DNA of 63,145 nt, counting the filler, from Globobulimina sp. (taxonomy: Eukaryota), in NCBI GenBank assembly GCA_003354225.1. It is 16 parts of 16 records of this genome, joined end to end, with 100 filler letters (N's around TTAATTAATTAA, not from the genome) between each part and the next. Parts side by side here need not be neighbours in the genome. Positions count along the whole stretch, not along the records: positions 7,915 to 11,769 come from PIVH01001984.1; positions 11,870 to 15,723 come from PIVH01001985.1; positions 15,824 to 19,677 come from PIVH01001986.1; positions 19,778 to 23,631 come from PIVH01001987.1; 12 more parts are not named here. One strand, given 5' to 3'. The translations under genes and the position numbers were made by a program. The notes under the pieces are model-generated. The model was given only the letters and a program-made list of their open reading frames with translations. It was not told the DNA's origin and did not search any database. Of the stretch, positions 9,331 through 21,080 are shown one piece after another; the stretch's first letter is position 1, and the number at the start of each line of letters is the position of its first letter.

Positions 9331-10761
9331 ATGACCACTCTAAACTTTGATTTGAGAAGAAACAGAAATGGATCCTTTTTACGATCACAATCAGCATCAT
9401 TTTTACGATCCCAATCAGCGCATATTCTGCCACCACCAACTCCATGTAAGTTATCGCGAAAACCATCGTTCCGAAAGACATTACGGCGAACAACAACTAC
9501 TTCAACTTCGGCCGGATTTAATTACAACAACAATTACAAGAAGGCCAGGCCTAAGACCTCGAGAATGCAAATGAATTTAAATCAGGGTCAAATCCAGTTT
9601 GTTAACGAAGGGTTGATAGGAAAAGGCTCCTTTAGTTATGTCTACAAAGTCAGAAAAACAACGACAAGCAAATTTTATGCATTGAAGAAAAATATAAAAC
9701 CATTTACATTCACGCGTGGTTCCCCAATTTATCATAATGACAATCCCTCCGAAATTATAGATTATATTCCCTGTCTTTCCGAAATTAAAATATTAAAAAA
9801 AATACAATCTCCAAATGGGCCTAATTCTGCATCTTTTTTCCATATAAATCTGTGTAAATTTCGTTTATTTTTCTTTTCCGACAATCGTTTACATCAAATT
9901 TATGAATTATATCCTTACGGGACCTTAGAACAATTGATTGAAAACGTAAAATTGAATTCGTTGCAGTTTTTGCAAGTCTTATTACAGCTCGTAAATGGTC
10001 TCTGTTATATACATTATCAGAATATAATTCATTCGGATATAAAACCCGAAAACATTTATATTGATTTGCACCAAGAACAAAATATGAATTTGTATGTTCT
10101 GAAAATTGGCGATTTCGGCGTTGCCACAGATATTAGCGATTCAAAAACAAAAAAGTTAAGATTGACCTCGGGCGATCCAATATTTATTGCTCCAGAAATA
10201 TTAAATCAAATCGATAATATTCATATCGTTGATGAGAGTTTAAAAAATATCGATGTATTCGCTTTGGGCGTGATTATGATTCAGTTATTATGCGATATTA
10301 AGTTACCATCACAAGGCCAAATATTTGCGCATTTAAGGAATATTGAACAAAATAAAAACGGTATTAATTGGAATTTATTTTTTGGCGATAAAATGATGAT
10401 CGATACAAATGATGATAGGATTACCTGCATACTGAAAAATGAAATTGTTCCGCAAATGATGTATAAAAATGCGAAAAACCGGACTTCTTCGAAAGAGTTA
10501 GCCATTAAAATGAATCAATATTTTAATAAAGAAATAAAGCAAAGATCGTTAATGGAATTTTCAAAGTTAAAACTATCGCCAACTGAGACGTATGCGCATT
10601 TTGATAGAGATCACAGTGCGATGTTTAGCTGTGACAAACAAAAAATTAATTATATTCCGATTAAATCGCAACGAAAAATGATGAGTGAGAGTGATGACGA
10701 CGATGATAAGCAGATGGAAGGGGATGATGAGGATGGATGTATTCAAAAATTATGTTTCTGA
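9331..10761 (+). CDS. Wee1/Myt1-family protein kinase
   Basis: IGKGSFSYVYKV, YALKK, HSDIKPENI, KIGDFG, plus family-typical GDPIFIAPE and LPSQGQIFAHLR. Likely ATG at 9331. Confidence 0.82.
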   Translation: MTTLNFDLRRNRNGSFLRSQSASFLRSQSAHILPPPTPCKLSRKPSFRKTLRRTTTTSTSAGFNYNNNYKKARPKTSRMQMNLNQGQIQFVNEGLIGKGSFSYVYKVRKTTTSKFYALKKNIKPFTFTRGSPIYHNDNPSEIIDYIPCLSEIKILKKIQSPNGPNSASFFHINLCKFRLFFFSDNRLHQIYELYPYGTLEQLIENVKLNSLQFLQVLLQLVNGLCYIHYQNIIHSDIKPENIYIDLHQEQNMNLYVLKIGDFGVATDISDSKTKKLRLTSGDPIFIAPEILNQIDNIHIVDESLKNIDVFALGVIMIQLLCDIKLPSQGQIFAHLRNIEQNKNGINWNLFFGDKMMIDTNDDRITCILKNEIVPQMMYKNAKNRTSSKELAIKMNQYFNKEIKQRSLMEFSKLKLSPTETYAHFDRDHSAMFSCDKQKINYIPIKSQRKMMSESDDDDDKQMEGDDEDGCIQKLCF

Positions 10762-11073
10762 TTATATGACTTTTCATTTCGTTTTATGTTGAATGGAGTT
10801 TTTCCTTTTTCCGAGCAATATTTATATAGTACTATGATCCTTTTTTTTTTCTCGACATGTACAGACAATTTTTTTCTTTTATTTATATTTGTGTTTTTTT
10901 CTTTTGTTTTATTATTATTTTGTATTTGTGTTTAATTTGTATTGTTTTCAAATAATTTTTTAAATTCCAACATTCGTCAGATGCAAATACGGAATTAATT
11001 ATGCAAATGTTCTGAATTATGAAAAAGTATTTGTCACAAAAAGTATATCTGCTATACAAGTTGTATTCAAATA

Positions 11074-11095
11074 TCACGAAAAGTACTTTTCGTGA
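11074..11095. repeat. Perfect 22-bp palindrome TCACGAAAAGTACTTTTCGTGA
   Basis: Self reverse-complementary; lies in the spacer between two convergent genes. Confidence 0.85.
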
Positions 11096-11312
11096 ATATC
11101 CAAGTGCTTGAATTTCTGAAAAGTTCTGAATATAATTTTGTTTTGATGCATTTGATACTAAATGTAAAAATGTTGTAATGCTAAAACTGTCATATTCATA
11201 TGTAGAATTAAGAATTTTTGTACATGTTCTTTCTTTGCGAATATTAATATCGACTGCTAGAGGACGGAAAGATTGAGGAACAAGACAGTGACTATTAAGC
11301 TAGCCGCAAGAT

Positions 11313-11769
11313 TTAGACATTTAAAGGACAATTTTGGTTATGTTTTGTAACCCATCGCCATGTCATATTGATTCTTGGACCAATATTTGCTATCAATTCA
11401 TTAATTATTTCTTGTTTTTCCTGTTCATCATTTGTAACAATCTTATCCAAATCAATATTATTTATATCATAGCGAGGCACTGCATGTTTCAAATTGTTTT
11501 GAAACATTCCTTCCATGGTTAAATATGCCATATTTGGCAATAATATAGATTTTATCAATACATATGCCCCATTTTCATCTGGTTGATAAATTTCGAATTC
11601 TCTTTCAGCACCGACTGAATAACTGATTATACGAATACGTTTTGTCAATCCTTCAAATAAACTCTCATCGTCTGCGTGTTTACCAATACCTGCATTGCCA
11701 TTAAAATACAAATTAATATTACATGAATTTGGTGCGTTATTTGGATCAATATCGAAAACATTGCACATT
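11313..11769 (-). CDS. AlkB-family 2OG-Fe(II) dioxygenase (ALKBH2/3-like), 5'-partial
   Basis: NSCNINLY, IGKHADDE (HxD), SYSVGAEREF, KHAVP, PRINMTWR. Confidence 0.88.
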
Positions 11770-11869
11770 NNNNNNNNNNNNNNNNNNNNNNNNNNNNNNN
11801 NNNNNNNNNNNNNTTAATTAATTAANNNNNNNNNNNNNNNNNNNNNNNNNNNNNNNNNNNNNNNNNNNN

Positions 11870-14127
11870 TATCTCTCCGTAATAACTAAATACATAATAT
11901 CCTGATTTGCATCGTCCTGAAATCCTCTCCGATATGTTTTTTCATCCGCTTCTATGCTATATTCTGACAAAAATTTTATATGCTTTACATTTTTGTATAA
12001 CTTACGTAATCGCAAAAAATCATAGTATGACGAGACAAATATTAATGTTTTTATATATTTATTTTTACGAAATATCGGTAACATATATTTTTTATATATT
12101 TCCAACCGTAATTCATTGGCATCACACTCATTATTTGCGTCATAGGAAAATCTATAAAATTCCTGCCTTACGAACGGGATGATTTTCTCTAAAATACCAT
12201 TGTGATTCCGTTTATTTTCGATTTTAATTTTGCCAAAAACATTCATCGATCTTTGTTGAAATAATTGTTTAATTTTTGGTGTCTGATGTTTTGTAATAAA
12301 AATGTTTTGTCGATAAAATTGAGCCACATCATCAACATAACAATATCTGTAAACACACAAAAAACATATATACATAAAGTATGTGATTGGTTGACAATTT
12401 CGAGAAAGTCTCAGCTTATCTTCACTTTAATTGGTTGCAATTGCGATAATTTCCAACCAATCAAAAAAAAGCAGCAAAAACGTAAAAAAAAAAGGTTTTT
12501 TAGCCATACCTCAATCGATTAAAATCGACATTTTTCATATCTTGGTCACTTCTCAACTTTGGATGCCAGTTAATTTTATGCAACGTATCAAACAAATGCT
12601 GGATATTTTGCATTTGAATGACATCCAATTGATCGAGAATCATAATCTCGACCGACGAGAAAAAGTCAAATATACTCTTCCCGTCTTTGGTTCTGCCGTC
12701 CTCGAAAATAAATTTTAAGCGCAATGGAGATATCAACACAATGTCCGAATAAAACCAACTTTGCAGGAAATTCACGCCTTTCCTATCTATGGCTATTCCG
12801 CACGAAAAGTCGTCATCGATATTGCCATAAAATGTTTCCTCAAATTCCTTGCCTCGGCCTTCCAATTTGTTATTTTTTGCTTCCTCACCGAAATAAGCTT
12901 TGAACTTTTTATACCGTTGGTTTATTAACGTCCGCTCCTTTGGCAAATTGGCCAATATATATTCCCCAAATTTGCGCACATTTTCCCGGAACGGAGTGAT
13001 AATGACAACCGATAATTTCTTAAACCCGCAATCGCGAATTATGCCGTCATCGCTGATGAAGCTTCTTCGTAATTTCATGTCATTTTCCCTTTGAATATCT
13101 TTTTTGCGTAAAATGTGCGATAATATATGCATAGTTAATATTTGTTTGATATTTTTATCGTTTTTATAAGTCCGGTCACAAAAAAGTAAGTCGCGATAAC
13201 TGGCCATTGCACTGTACAATAAACTGTCTGTGCCAACCAATCGATTTGTATTCGGTGTGGGTGCGTTTTTCCATTTTTGTTGGCTGCGTTGGTTGTATGC
13301 AGTGATAATATCGCGGTGGCAATTTAATAATTTACTGTTTATGTCCTCCGCAACGGCAAATGGCTCGCAATCAGAGTCAATAAAACAGGCATGGTCAGGA
13401 TGGCTGATTTGCATTTTGGTCATGACGGTCGATCGCCGACGGCGTAATTTTGGAAGGAGGTCTTTTTCGCGATCTTCGTATCGCGTGTTCCAATGCAATA
13501 AATAGTGATCTTTCGGAGTTATAATGTCGGGCTTATTGTCATCGTCTTTTTGTGTGTTGCTGTCATGATTTTGCGGAGTTATGGTGTCGGACTCATTATA
13601 TTTGCGTTCTTGTGTGTTTTGGTTTGGTTTTGGTTTCTTTTTTGGTGGTTGTTTGATGAGTGATGGTGTAATTTGTGGTCGATTTGATTCTGGAAATGAG
13701 CGTTTGTTGCGATTTGATGATGGTTCAAATGTAATATTGTTATTATTGTTATTTTTGTTGTCACCGTCGAGTGTTCTTAGTGACTTTTTGCGTTTACTTT
13801 TTTTTTTATTTGTGCTGGATGTATGTCTTTGGTTAAATATTCAATGCTTACTTGCTTTTGCTTTGGTTTATGTTCGTTTTTGTTGTCACTTTCTTGTTGT
13901 TTGCGAAGTCTTTTATTTTTGAAATAGTTTGATTTGTCGCTTGAAAATGCACTGATCACATCTTGATATGATTCGGCATTGTCATTGCTACTGCGGTCTA
14001 TTAATGTATTTATAGCTGGTAATTTGCGTGTTTTCTCTTCAAATGTTAACGATGTTTGATTGTTTTTGGATAATTTCCTCGATCTTTTTTTGAATCTTTC
14101 ACCTAAAGAGCTTTGTTTGGACGCCAT
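11870..14127 (-). CDS. UTP25: U3 snoRNA-associated protein 25 (DIEXF), 3'-partial; intron 12347-12509; apparent frameshift at A10 run 13798-13807
   Basis: YRDLLF, RDCGF..VVIITPFR, FYGNIDDDF, SDIVLISPL, DFFSSVEI..DQ....MQN..H, RQEF.RF, LIFVSSYYDFLRLR, SEYS, ITER. Confidence 0.88.
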
Positions 14128-14161
14128 TACAATTTAAAAAACTGTGCTGTTAAAAAAACTG

Positions 14162-15114
14162 TCAAAACAATTTTAAAATGGCAACAAATACCAAAATGAA
14201 TTGTGTAACGTGAGACAATTTGTGTGCCGAGCCACCATCGCATGTCCCTTTATATCCTCCACTGCCATCTTTCAAACATGACGGAGTGGAATTGCATGGA
14301 AAATCGCTGCAACGATAAACACAAGCATCCAAATCCCAATTCTTTGCTAAAAAATCAAAATTGTAATCATTGGTGGCCTCACAAAATTGTGTTACGGATA
14401 TTTCATATTCTGCGCCAAATACAGCCTTGTTACTTTGTGTGAACTTATTTAATACATCGCATTCATTGTAGCCATTGCATTCCTCATTAATTGCAAAATC
14501 AAAATAAGTCATCAAATCATCAATTTGCTCCAAATCATTTTTCAATCCAATTGACAGATTCCTAGCATGTGCTGCTGTGGATAAATGTTGATTGTATGTG
14601 AGCTGATCATTATATGTTAAACTAAATCCATTATCATTTTGGTATCCGTCAATATTATCTGCTTCGACTCCATCACATCCTTTACTCACTGCCAAATCCA
14701 ACCGATTGGTCATTATGGGACTTAATACGTTCCAGGCACTTATATAATAAATTAAATTGTTAATATATGTAAAAAGAGTAAATGCGACCTGATGTTTAAC
14801 CAATTTTCTCCATCCCAGCCGTCCAAAGGATTGCCAATGATATATGATGGGAATTGATCGTAATCAGATCGCCATGTTTCCGATGAACCTGCTGAAAAAT
14901 AACAAATTACTTTCCTTCCTTGCTCGTGTAATGTTGTTATTGTTTCTACAGATACATCAAATAAATCAATGTCGTACATATCAACATCAATATTTAGATC
15001 AATACTGTTTGAATTTGTCAATTGCCACTGCCATGTTGTCCCCGGTGCTGGCTTCCACCAACTTAATACAAACGCAATATTGCACAAAAACAGGCAAAGG
15101 TCAAGGTGCGCCAT
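14162..15114 (-). CDS. Endo-alpha-1,4-polygalactosaminidase (GH114), secreted, possibly GPI-anchored; intron 14739-14788
   Basis: WQWQL, YDIDLFD, GRKVICYFSAGSSE.WR.D, WDGENWL, KGCDGVEADNIDGY, GLKNDLEQ, FAINEEC. N-terminal signal peptide and hydrophobic C-terminus. Confidence 0.92.
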
Positions 15115-15304
15115 TCTAAAGCAACTATGATAGACACTTTTTTTTTCTAAAATACAATTTTTGTGTACAAAATACAGGCGAGTATGCACTGAGTGCTAGG
15201 ATAGGAGAAAAGGAACAAGCCTCATGTACATTGCTGTTATAACATTTGCAACATAAAACGTACAAATACTGTTACAACATATGCAAATACTGTATACATT
15301 AATT

Positions 15305-15723
15305 TTATTTAGACAATAAATAAGTAATTTGTGAAGGATTTGAGATTTGACGATGAACGATTGGGACTATTGGGTCCTGGTCATTTTCATAGCATATTTT
15401 TCCAATTTGCACATCAATAATAAATGTTAGACTTTGCACATGCAACAACTCACTCAATTTTATCCATGTCTTCGCACCGCGCGAATGATGATTTGCGCAG
15501 AACTCAGCTACAAAGGAACGTTGTGTCTCAACCGCATCGCAGGATATCTTATATTGAAGCTCCATCTGTTTCACATTTGGCGGCAAAGTACACAGTGTTA
15601 AAAAAATATGAATGTAATCATTTTCTGCCCTCTCTCTGGGATACAAAGTGATGCACCACATACTATCCACGACTTGGCTGCTCATCGATTTCTTGATCGT
15701 TCCTATTTGAAATAATGCCAATA
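15305..15723 (-). CDS. MATH/TRAF-like domain fragment
   Basis: WCITLYP...YIHIFLTL...LQYKISC...LTFIIDVQI beta-strand pattern; truncated by the linker. Confidence 0.55.
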
Positions 15724-15823
15724 NNNNNNNNNNNNNNNNNNNNNNNNNNNNNNNNNNNNNNNNNNNNTTAATTAATTAANNNNNNNNNNNNNNNNNNNNN
15801 NNNNNNNNNNNNNNNNNNNNNNN

Positions 15824-18800
15824 AATATTACATACTTTGACAGTATAATATTGATTATATGCCACGTTTTCAACTTTTGCGCGAGTCTGTCTTTGCGAAA
15901 TTAAGTCGTGTTCATCGATTTTAATAAATCCAAACAATGCAATGAAGAAAGCAATGCAGATTGACAATGAAACAAAGCACAATATGTATAATGAGCGAAT
16001 ATCCACTTCAAACGCAGTTATTGTGACCAAAATAATGATTAAAAATCCAAACCAAAGTGCCATAGCGACGATCTGTCTTACTTTCTGAGGACATTTAGAG
16101 CAGACAACGGCAAAGATTTCGATAAAACCAGCGGCCGGCAATAAAATACCAAATACTAAAGAAGTAACTGCAAATTTATACGTTTTCCACATAAAAAAGA
16201 GATTAAAAAGCTGATATAAATCACGCCATATTTTGGACACTTCAGCCTTTGCTATTTCATATGCTAAGTTCAACGTCATTTGCTTTTTTCCTCTCTTCTT
16301 CCCACCATCAACCAACGCAGAAATAAACTCAAATATGCGAACTAAAGTAAGTAAAATCAACAGTGTACACATCAGCAATCCCAATAAAGCTAATAAATCC
16401 TGTAGAATATCCTGAAAATGCGCCAACATTATCTGCTTGAAACCAAATCGTAAATGCGATCGTCTGACATAATATTTGAATTTCAATAAATTATATATAT
16501 TCAAAAACGGGATTATATAAATGGTCAACAATAACACCGCAATATAATAGAGCACAGTGTACAAAACCGTAATATCACGGCCCTCATAAATCACGCCATC
16601 AAATAGAAATGGTAAAGCCATTAAAAATGCAATGCCGCCAAAAAGAATCATAATCATAACGTCTACGATTGCTTTGTACACAAAAAAGCGTATAATTCTT
16701 TGACTCGTCGATAAATTCTTGGAAAATATCGCACATTTCACGTTTCTAAATTGTTTCGATTGTGCAGCAGCTTCGTCATGCGATTCATGGATAGTATGAT
16801 ATAAATGAATCATTTGTTGCTTCATTGTCCTTTGTTGGCAATGTAATTGTTCGCTGAAAATCGCCTGATGCTCCCATTTCAGTTGATTTTGTAAGGTTAA
16901 CATATTTGATTTTGACTGCATAACCTTTAAATACAAGCGAATATTTTGAATCTCAAATAATTCTGTCACCAATTGTTGGTTTGCTGGTTTTGGTTTGATG
17001 TCACGCCGTAAAATTCGCAATGCAGTCCGGACCACAAAATCATAGCAGTTTGGACCTAATGAGACAAAGTTTAAGTATTTCATATTAATATCATCATCGA
17101 TACCAGCTTCAATATTGTGTTCTATCTGCAATTCGTTTTGATATTCATTCCAATGTTGGTTAATTTTATCGCACCATTTCCTATATTCACTGTTATTATG
17201 TGCATTGTTAACTTGTTTTTGTGAATATCGTAATTTAACCATATCATTTAACATTGGCTCGAACAATAAATCATACAATTTCGTGTAAATAAAGTAAGAA
17301 TATTCGACAATACCAATTACGTACGATTCTCGTTTGAGATTCCAAAATGTTTCATGTGATAACAAATAATATAAACATTGGACGAGTCTCCATGGAATAA
17401 TTAATAAAATACAAAATAACATTAAGTGCGCGATGTCAATCAACCATTTAACAAATTCCATTGCCACAATCACCCAAAACATATCTACGATTCCTTTATG
17501 TTCAGTTCCTCGAATTTGATTAATTTCATCCAGTCTTAACCCAAAATTCTTATTTTTCTGCAATGGATGAATACCATCCTCACTCATTGCACAATCCATT
17601 AAATCCTGAATCGAAACCGCAATGATCCACAGTATGCCTTTTGTATCGTGTTCTAATTGGAATATAAATTGACGTTCAGGATCAGGAAACTTCCCTAAAT
17701 TGGATAAAATGGTGGTTCTCTTTCCAATAAATGCTTGGATCATAAATGGAACATCACTTAAATTTGTAGCCAGATCGTCCACCAAATCATAATTTAATCC
17801 ATTTGAAGTTCCATGATTTAGCCCACTTTTTAGATTAATACCATGCCTTAATTTGTTAGGTAACATTGAACGGCCCGCAGTGGCAATAGCAGCGCCAAAA
17901 ACGTGTTCAACATCGTTCCAAAAAGCATCACCAAGCACAAATAATCTCAAACAACTTTTCTTTGCGGCATCATTATCCAACGCAAAATGCAATGTTTTTG
18001 AACCTTTATTGATCCAAATCCGCGGTTTGCCCTTTTCTTGAAACTCTAATGAAGCTTCTTCGACAGCAATATTTATTGTATCGTGTACTGAGGTTCTGGG
18101 TATTCGAAGCTTTGATAAAATGGTTAATATCAACAGTGGCAAACGGAATAATGTGACAGCAATAATTGCAAATGGTATTAAAAATAATATATCACGTATT
18201 AGATATATAAATTGTAGGAATGAATGCTTTCGGAATTCGCTTGCTGTCAACGTTGATGTATCATTTGTGATAATGTTATACATCTTAAATGCGCGCCATA
18301 TGGTTACAAATACAATAAAACATAAAACAGCGCATGGAATATCAATAAATACGAAGCATGCTGTGACCATAATATCTTTTCTTTGCCTATATATTGCTCG
18401 ATATTCTTCCATGTAATCATCAGCTGTATCAATATCTGTATCTGCAGTTAAAATATTCCATAAATATGGTATACGATAAAGCGTGATACAAATTATAATG
18501 ACTGCGAGTAATAAAAATAAAACATCACATAATATAATTAATGCATTCATACAAATGTGAATACGACAGTTTTCTGGTGCTTTCTTCTCGCCATTTTCAT
18601 CATTTTTTGGTATCAATGTTTTTTCTTCCTCGCACGACCCGTAATTTTTGAGCGTAGAATGTAACTTCACATCAGGAAGAATACCGCGATTGCGGTTAAA
18701 ATAATACACTTCCCAGCTAAATCTGCAATGTTTGTATAACGGCGGCAATCTATACACTGTAACTACAATAATTACGGTCAACGGTAACATGAATAAAATA

Positions 18801-19677
18801 TCAAACAGCAAAACACAAAAATTAAATAATACTCTCTTTCGGATTAAATTCATTCTGTCCTCATCGAATTGTTTGGCGTCTTTCATCAAATGATAGATGT
18901 CGACGCCTTGATATCCGCTCAAAAAACAAATAATCAGCAATGGGACAAACAATATATCAATTAATAAGAATGAAAAATGTTTAATTATGCGGATTCTTAA
19001 TTTTATATTGTAATCAAGTTTATATTGCGTCAATATCACGTCTCGCTTTTCTACGGCATCAGCATAATAACTCTGTATCGCTTTGATTAAGGGATAGGTT
19101 CTAATGCAGGTACAAAACACGACGATGGCAGCAATAAAACAAACTAAATCCACAATGCTTAAAAGCAAATTAATACAAACTGCAATTCGCAACTTGTCAT
19201 ATTTATCTTCTTTGTATTCGGTGCTATATTTAAAATACAATTTAATTAATTCCGGTATCCGAACCACAAAAATAAAGGACAGCAATGCAACAATAATCAA
19301 AACCACAAAATCTAGCAATCCTAAATAAAAGTTCTTTATTCCAACGAATCTATATGCAAAATTATACTCCAATCCTTGGAATTTTATTACAGTTTCATTT
19401 CTTAAATGCGGTGAACTATTATAAATATCAGACAATTGTGTCACAAATAAATAAGTTCTGGTAGGTAAGAAGAGTGCTAAAATGCAGTGTGGAATGGCAA
19501 TTATATCAAACAATGCCAAAGCAAAATTTAATAAAAGTGCTAACCGTAATTCACAATAACGATCCCTTAATGTAGTACAGACGAAGTTGTTTAAGATAGT
19601 TGTTTCTCAACAAACGTTTCTGCGATGTTGATGCGAAAAATAATAATATATTTATACCTTAAATAACTGTCCCAATT
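15824..19677 (-). CDS. Very large polytopic membrane protein with repeated hydrophobic-hairpin units, partial at both ends
   Basis: More than 1230 open codons; at least 9 units resembling L-D-(I/V)-LF..P..II..T.YR; probable intron near 19567-19657. Confidence 0.8.
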
Positions 19678-19777
19678 NNNNNNNNNNNNNNNNNNNNNNN
19701 NNNNNNNNNNNNNNNNNNNNNTTAATTAATTAANNNNNNNNNNNNNNNNNNNNNNNNNNNNNNNNNNNNNNNNNNNN

Positions 19778-20633
19778 TTTTTTGATTTTATTATTCCACC
19801 ATGGTTTATGTCCACGGTAATAATATTTATATCCTATGGACTGTTCTGCAGTATACAGGATAAGATATGTAAGTTGTTCTGCATATGCATTTGGGTCTGG
19901 GTCAAATATTGTTTCGTTTATGTTATTTTGGAGCGTTTCTGAGTATTTGCTCCACTTTCTGCTGTCCGATAGGTTCCAGGTTTTTTTCGTCTCACTGAAA
20001 CCAAAGACATTTTCAACTTCAAAGGTGGATTAATGTTAGGTCGATCGAGGATTTTGTTTCAAAGGATTTATGGATATGGGTGTAGGATGGATTGGTTATG
20101 TTTAAAATCTGCATCCCGAGGTAGTTTAAACCATCAATGAAATTATTGGACTCATTTGTAGATCTATTACTGCCCCAAATCATATTCGGGATATTGAAAT
20201 CGCCCGCAATGACATTTTTATCTGTTGTTAGTGGGTAATCAAACACTTGGTCAATATTTGGATTGCGGGGGCAATTGTAAAGGGAATGGATTCCTTTGTC
20301 TTGGTCTCCACTGTGTAGGATCACACTGGTTATATGGCAGTTTTTTGTGCGAGAGCTGTGGTTATAATTTGGTGGGGAATTTAATGGAGTAATTTGTAAT
20401 GTATCTCTGTATAATATGGCTGTTTCCGTGCCAGTATAATGAACTTTGTATTTGGGGAAGAAACGGATTGGGAATTGAATGGAATGTGATTTGTTGTGCT
20501 TGTCTATATACGTGGAGTTATTCGGAGTTATGGCGAATCTCAGTGTGGCACTCCATTCTTGGATTAACAGGAGGTCAACTTGTCGAGATAGCATTATTTG
20601 GTGGATTCTTTTACATTTATGCTCTTGTGACAT
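19778..20633 (-). pseudogene. LINE ORF2 apurinic-type endonuclease with internal deletion/frameshift
   Basis: LLIQEW, TAILYR, SLYN.P, IAGDFN, WGS, SSIDLTL. The SDH motif is missing, and another frame continues KKTWNL...KPWWNNKI. Confidence 0.85.
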
Positions 20634-20657
20634 ATTTGTTGGACCAATTAGTTATAT

Positions 20658-21080
20658 TTAACCATAATTAGTTCGATATTTGAGACTTGAGTAAGTGCTT
20701 AGGTTTTCTTTGTGCAAATTTCTAGAAACAGGTATAGTGCCACAATAGTTACAAAATTGCAATTGAATTATTATTGGTTGTTGTAAAATTTTAGGGAACT
20801 TAGAAAAAACAAAGGGGGGAGAAGTAGAGTATTTTATTATTGTTATCAGATTACACTGAGATAAATTCTCAAATTGTATATCTGTAAAAATAAAATGGTC
20901 TCTGGCTTCATTAACATCAATCACAGAGAAAAAAGCAAGGCACAATTTAATAACAACTAAACAAAAAACCAAGAAACTTAAATGAGATAATAATAAAAAG
21001 GAATAAAATAAATTAGTATATATAATACAAATCGGAGCTTGACTGGTTGCTAATTGTTTGATAGATAACTTTTTAATCAT
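20658..21080 (-). CDS. Hydrophobic intermediate ORF between ORF1 and the endonuclease
   Basis: Its ATG overlaps the ORF1 stop (ATGA); 140 codons with an N-terminal hydrophobic stretch. Confidence 0.4.
   Translation of the reverse strand: MIKKLSIKQLATSQAPICIIYTNLFYSFLLLSHLSFLVFCLVVIKLCLAFFSVIDVNEARDHFIFTDIQFENLSQCNLITIIKYSTSPPFVFSKFPKILQQPIIIQLQFCNYCGTIPVSRNLHKENLSTYSSLKYRTNYG

Noticed and set aside
9040-9496. Long antisense overlap between the membrane gene and the kinase
   Set aside because: Arises from non-ATG starts in the ORF track; ATGs at 9259 and 9331 give non-overlapping genes.
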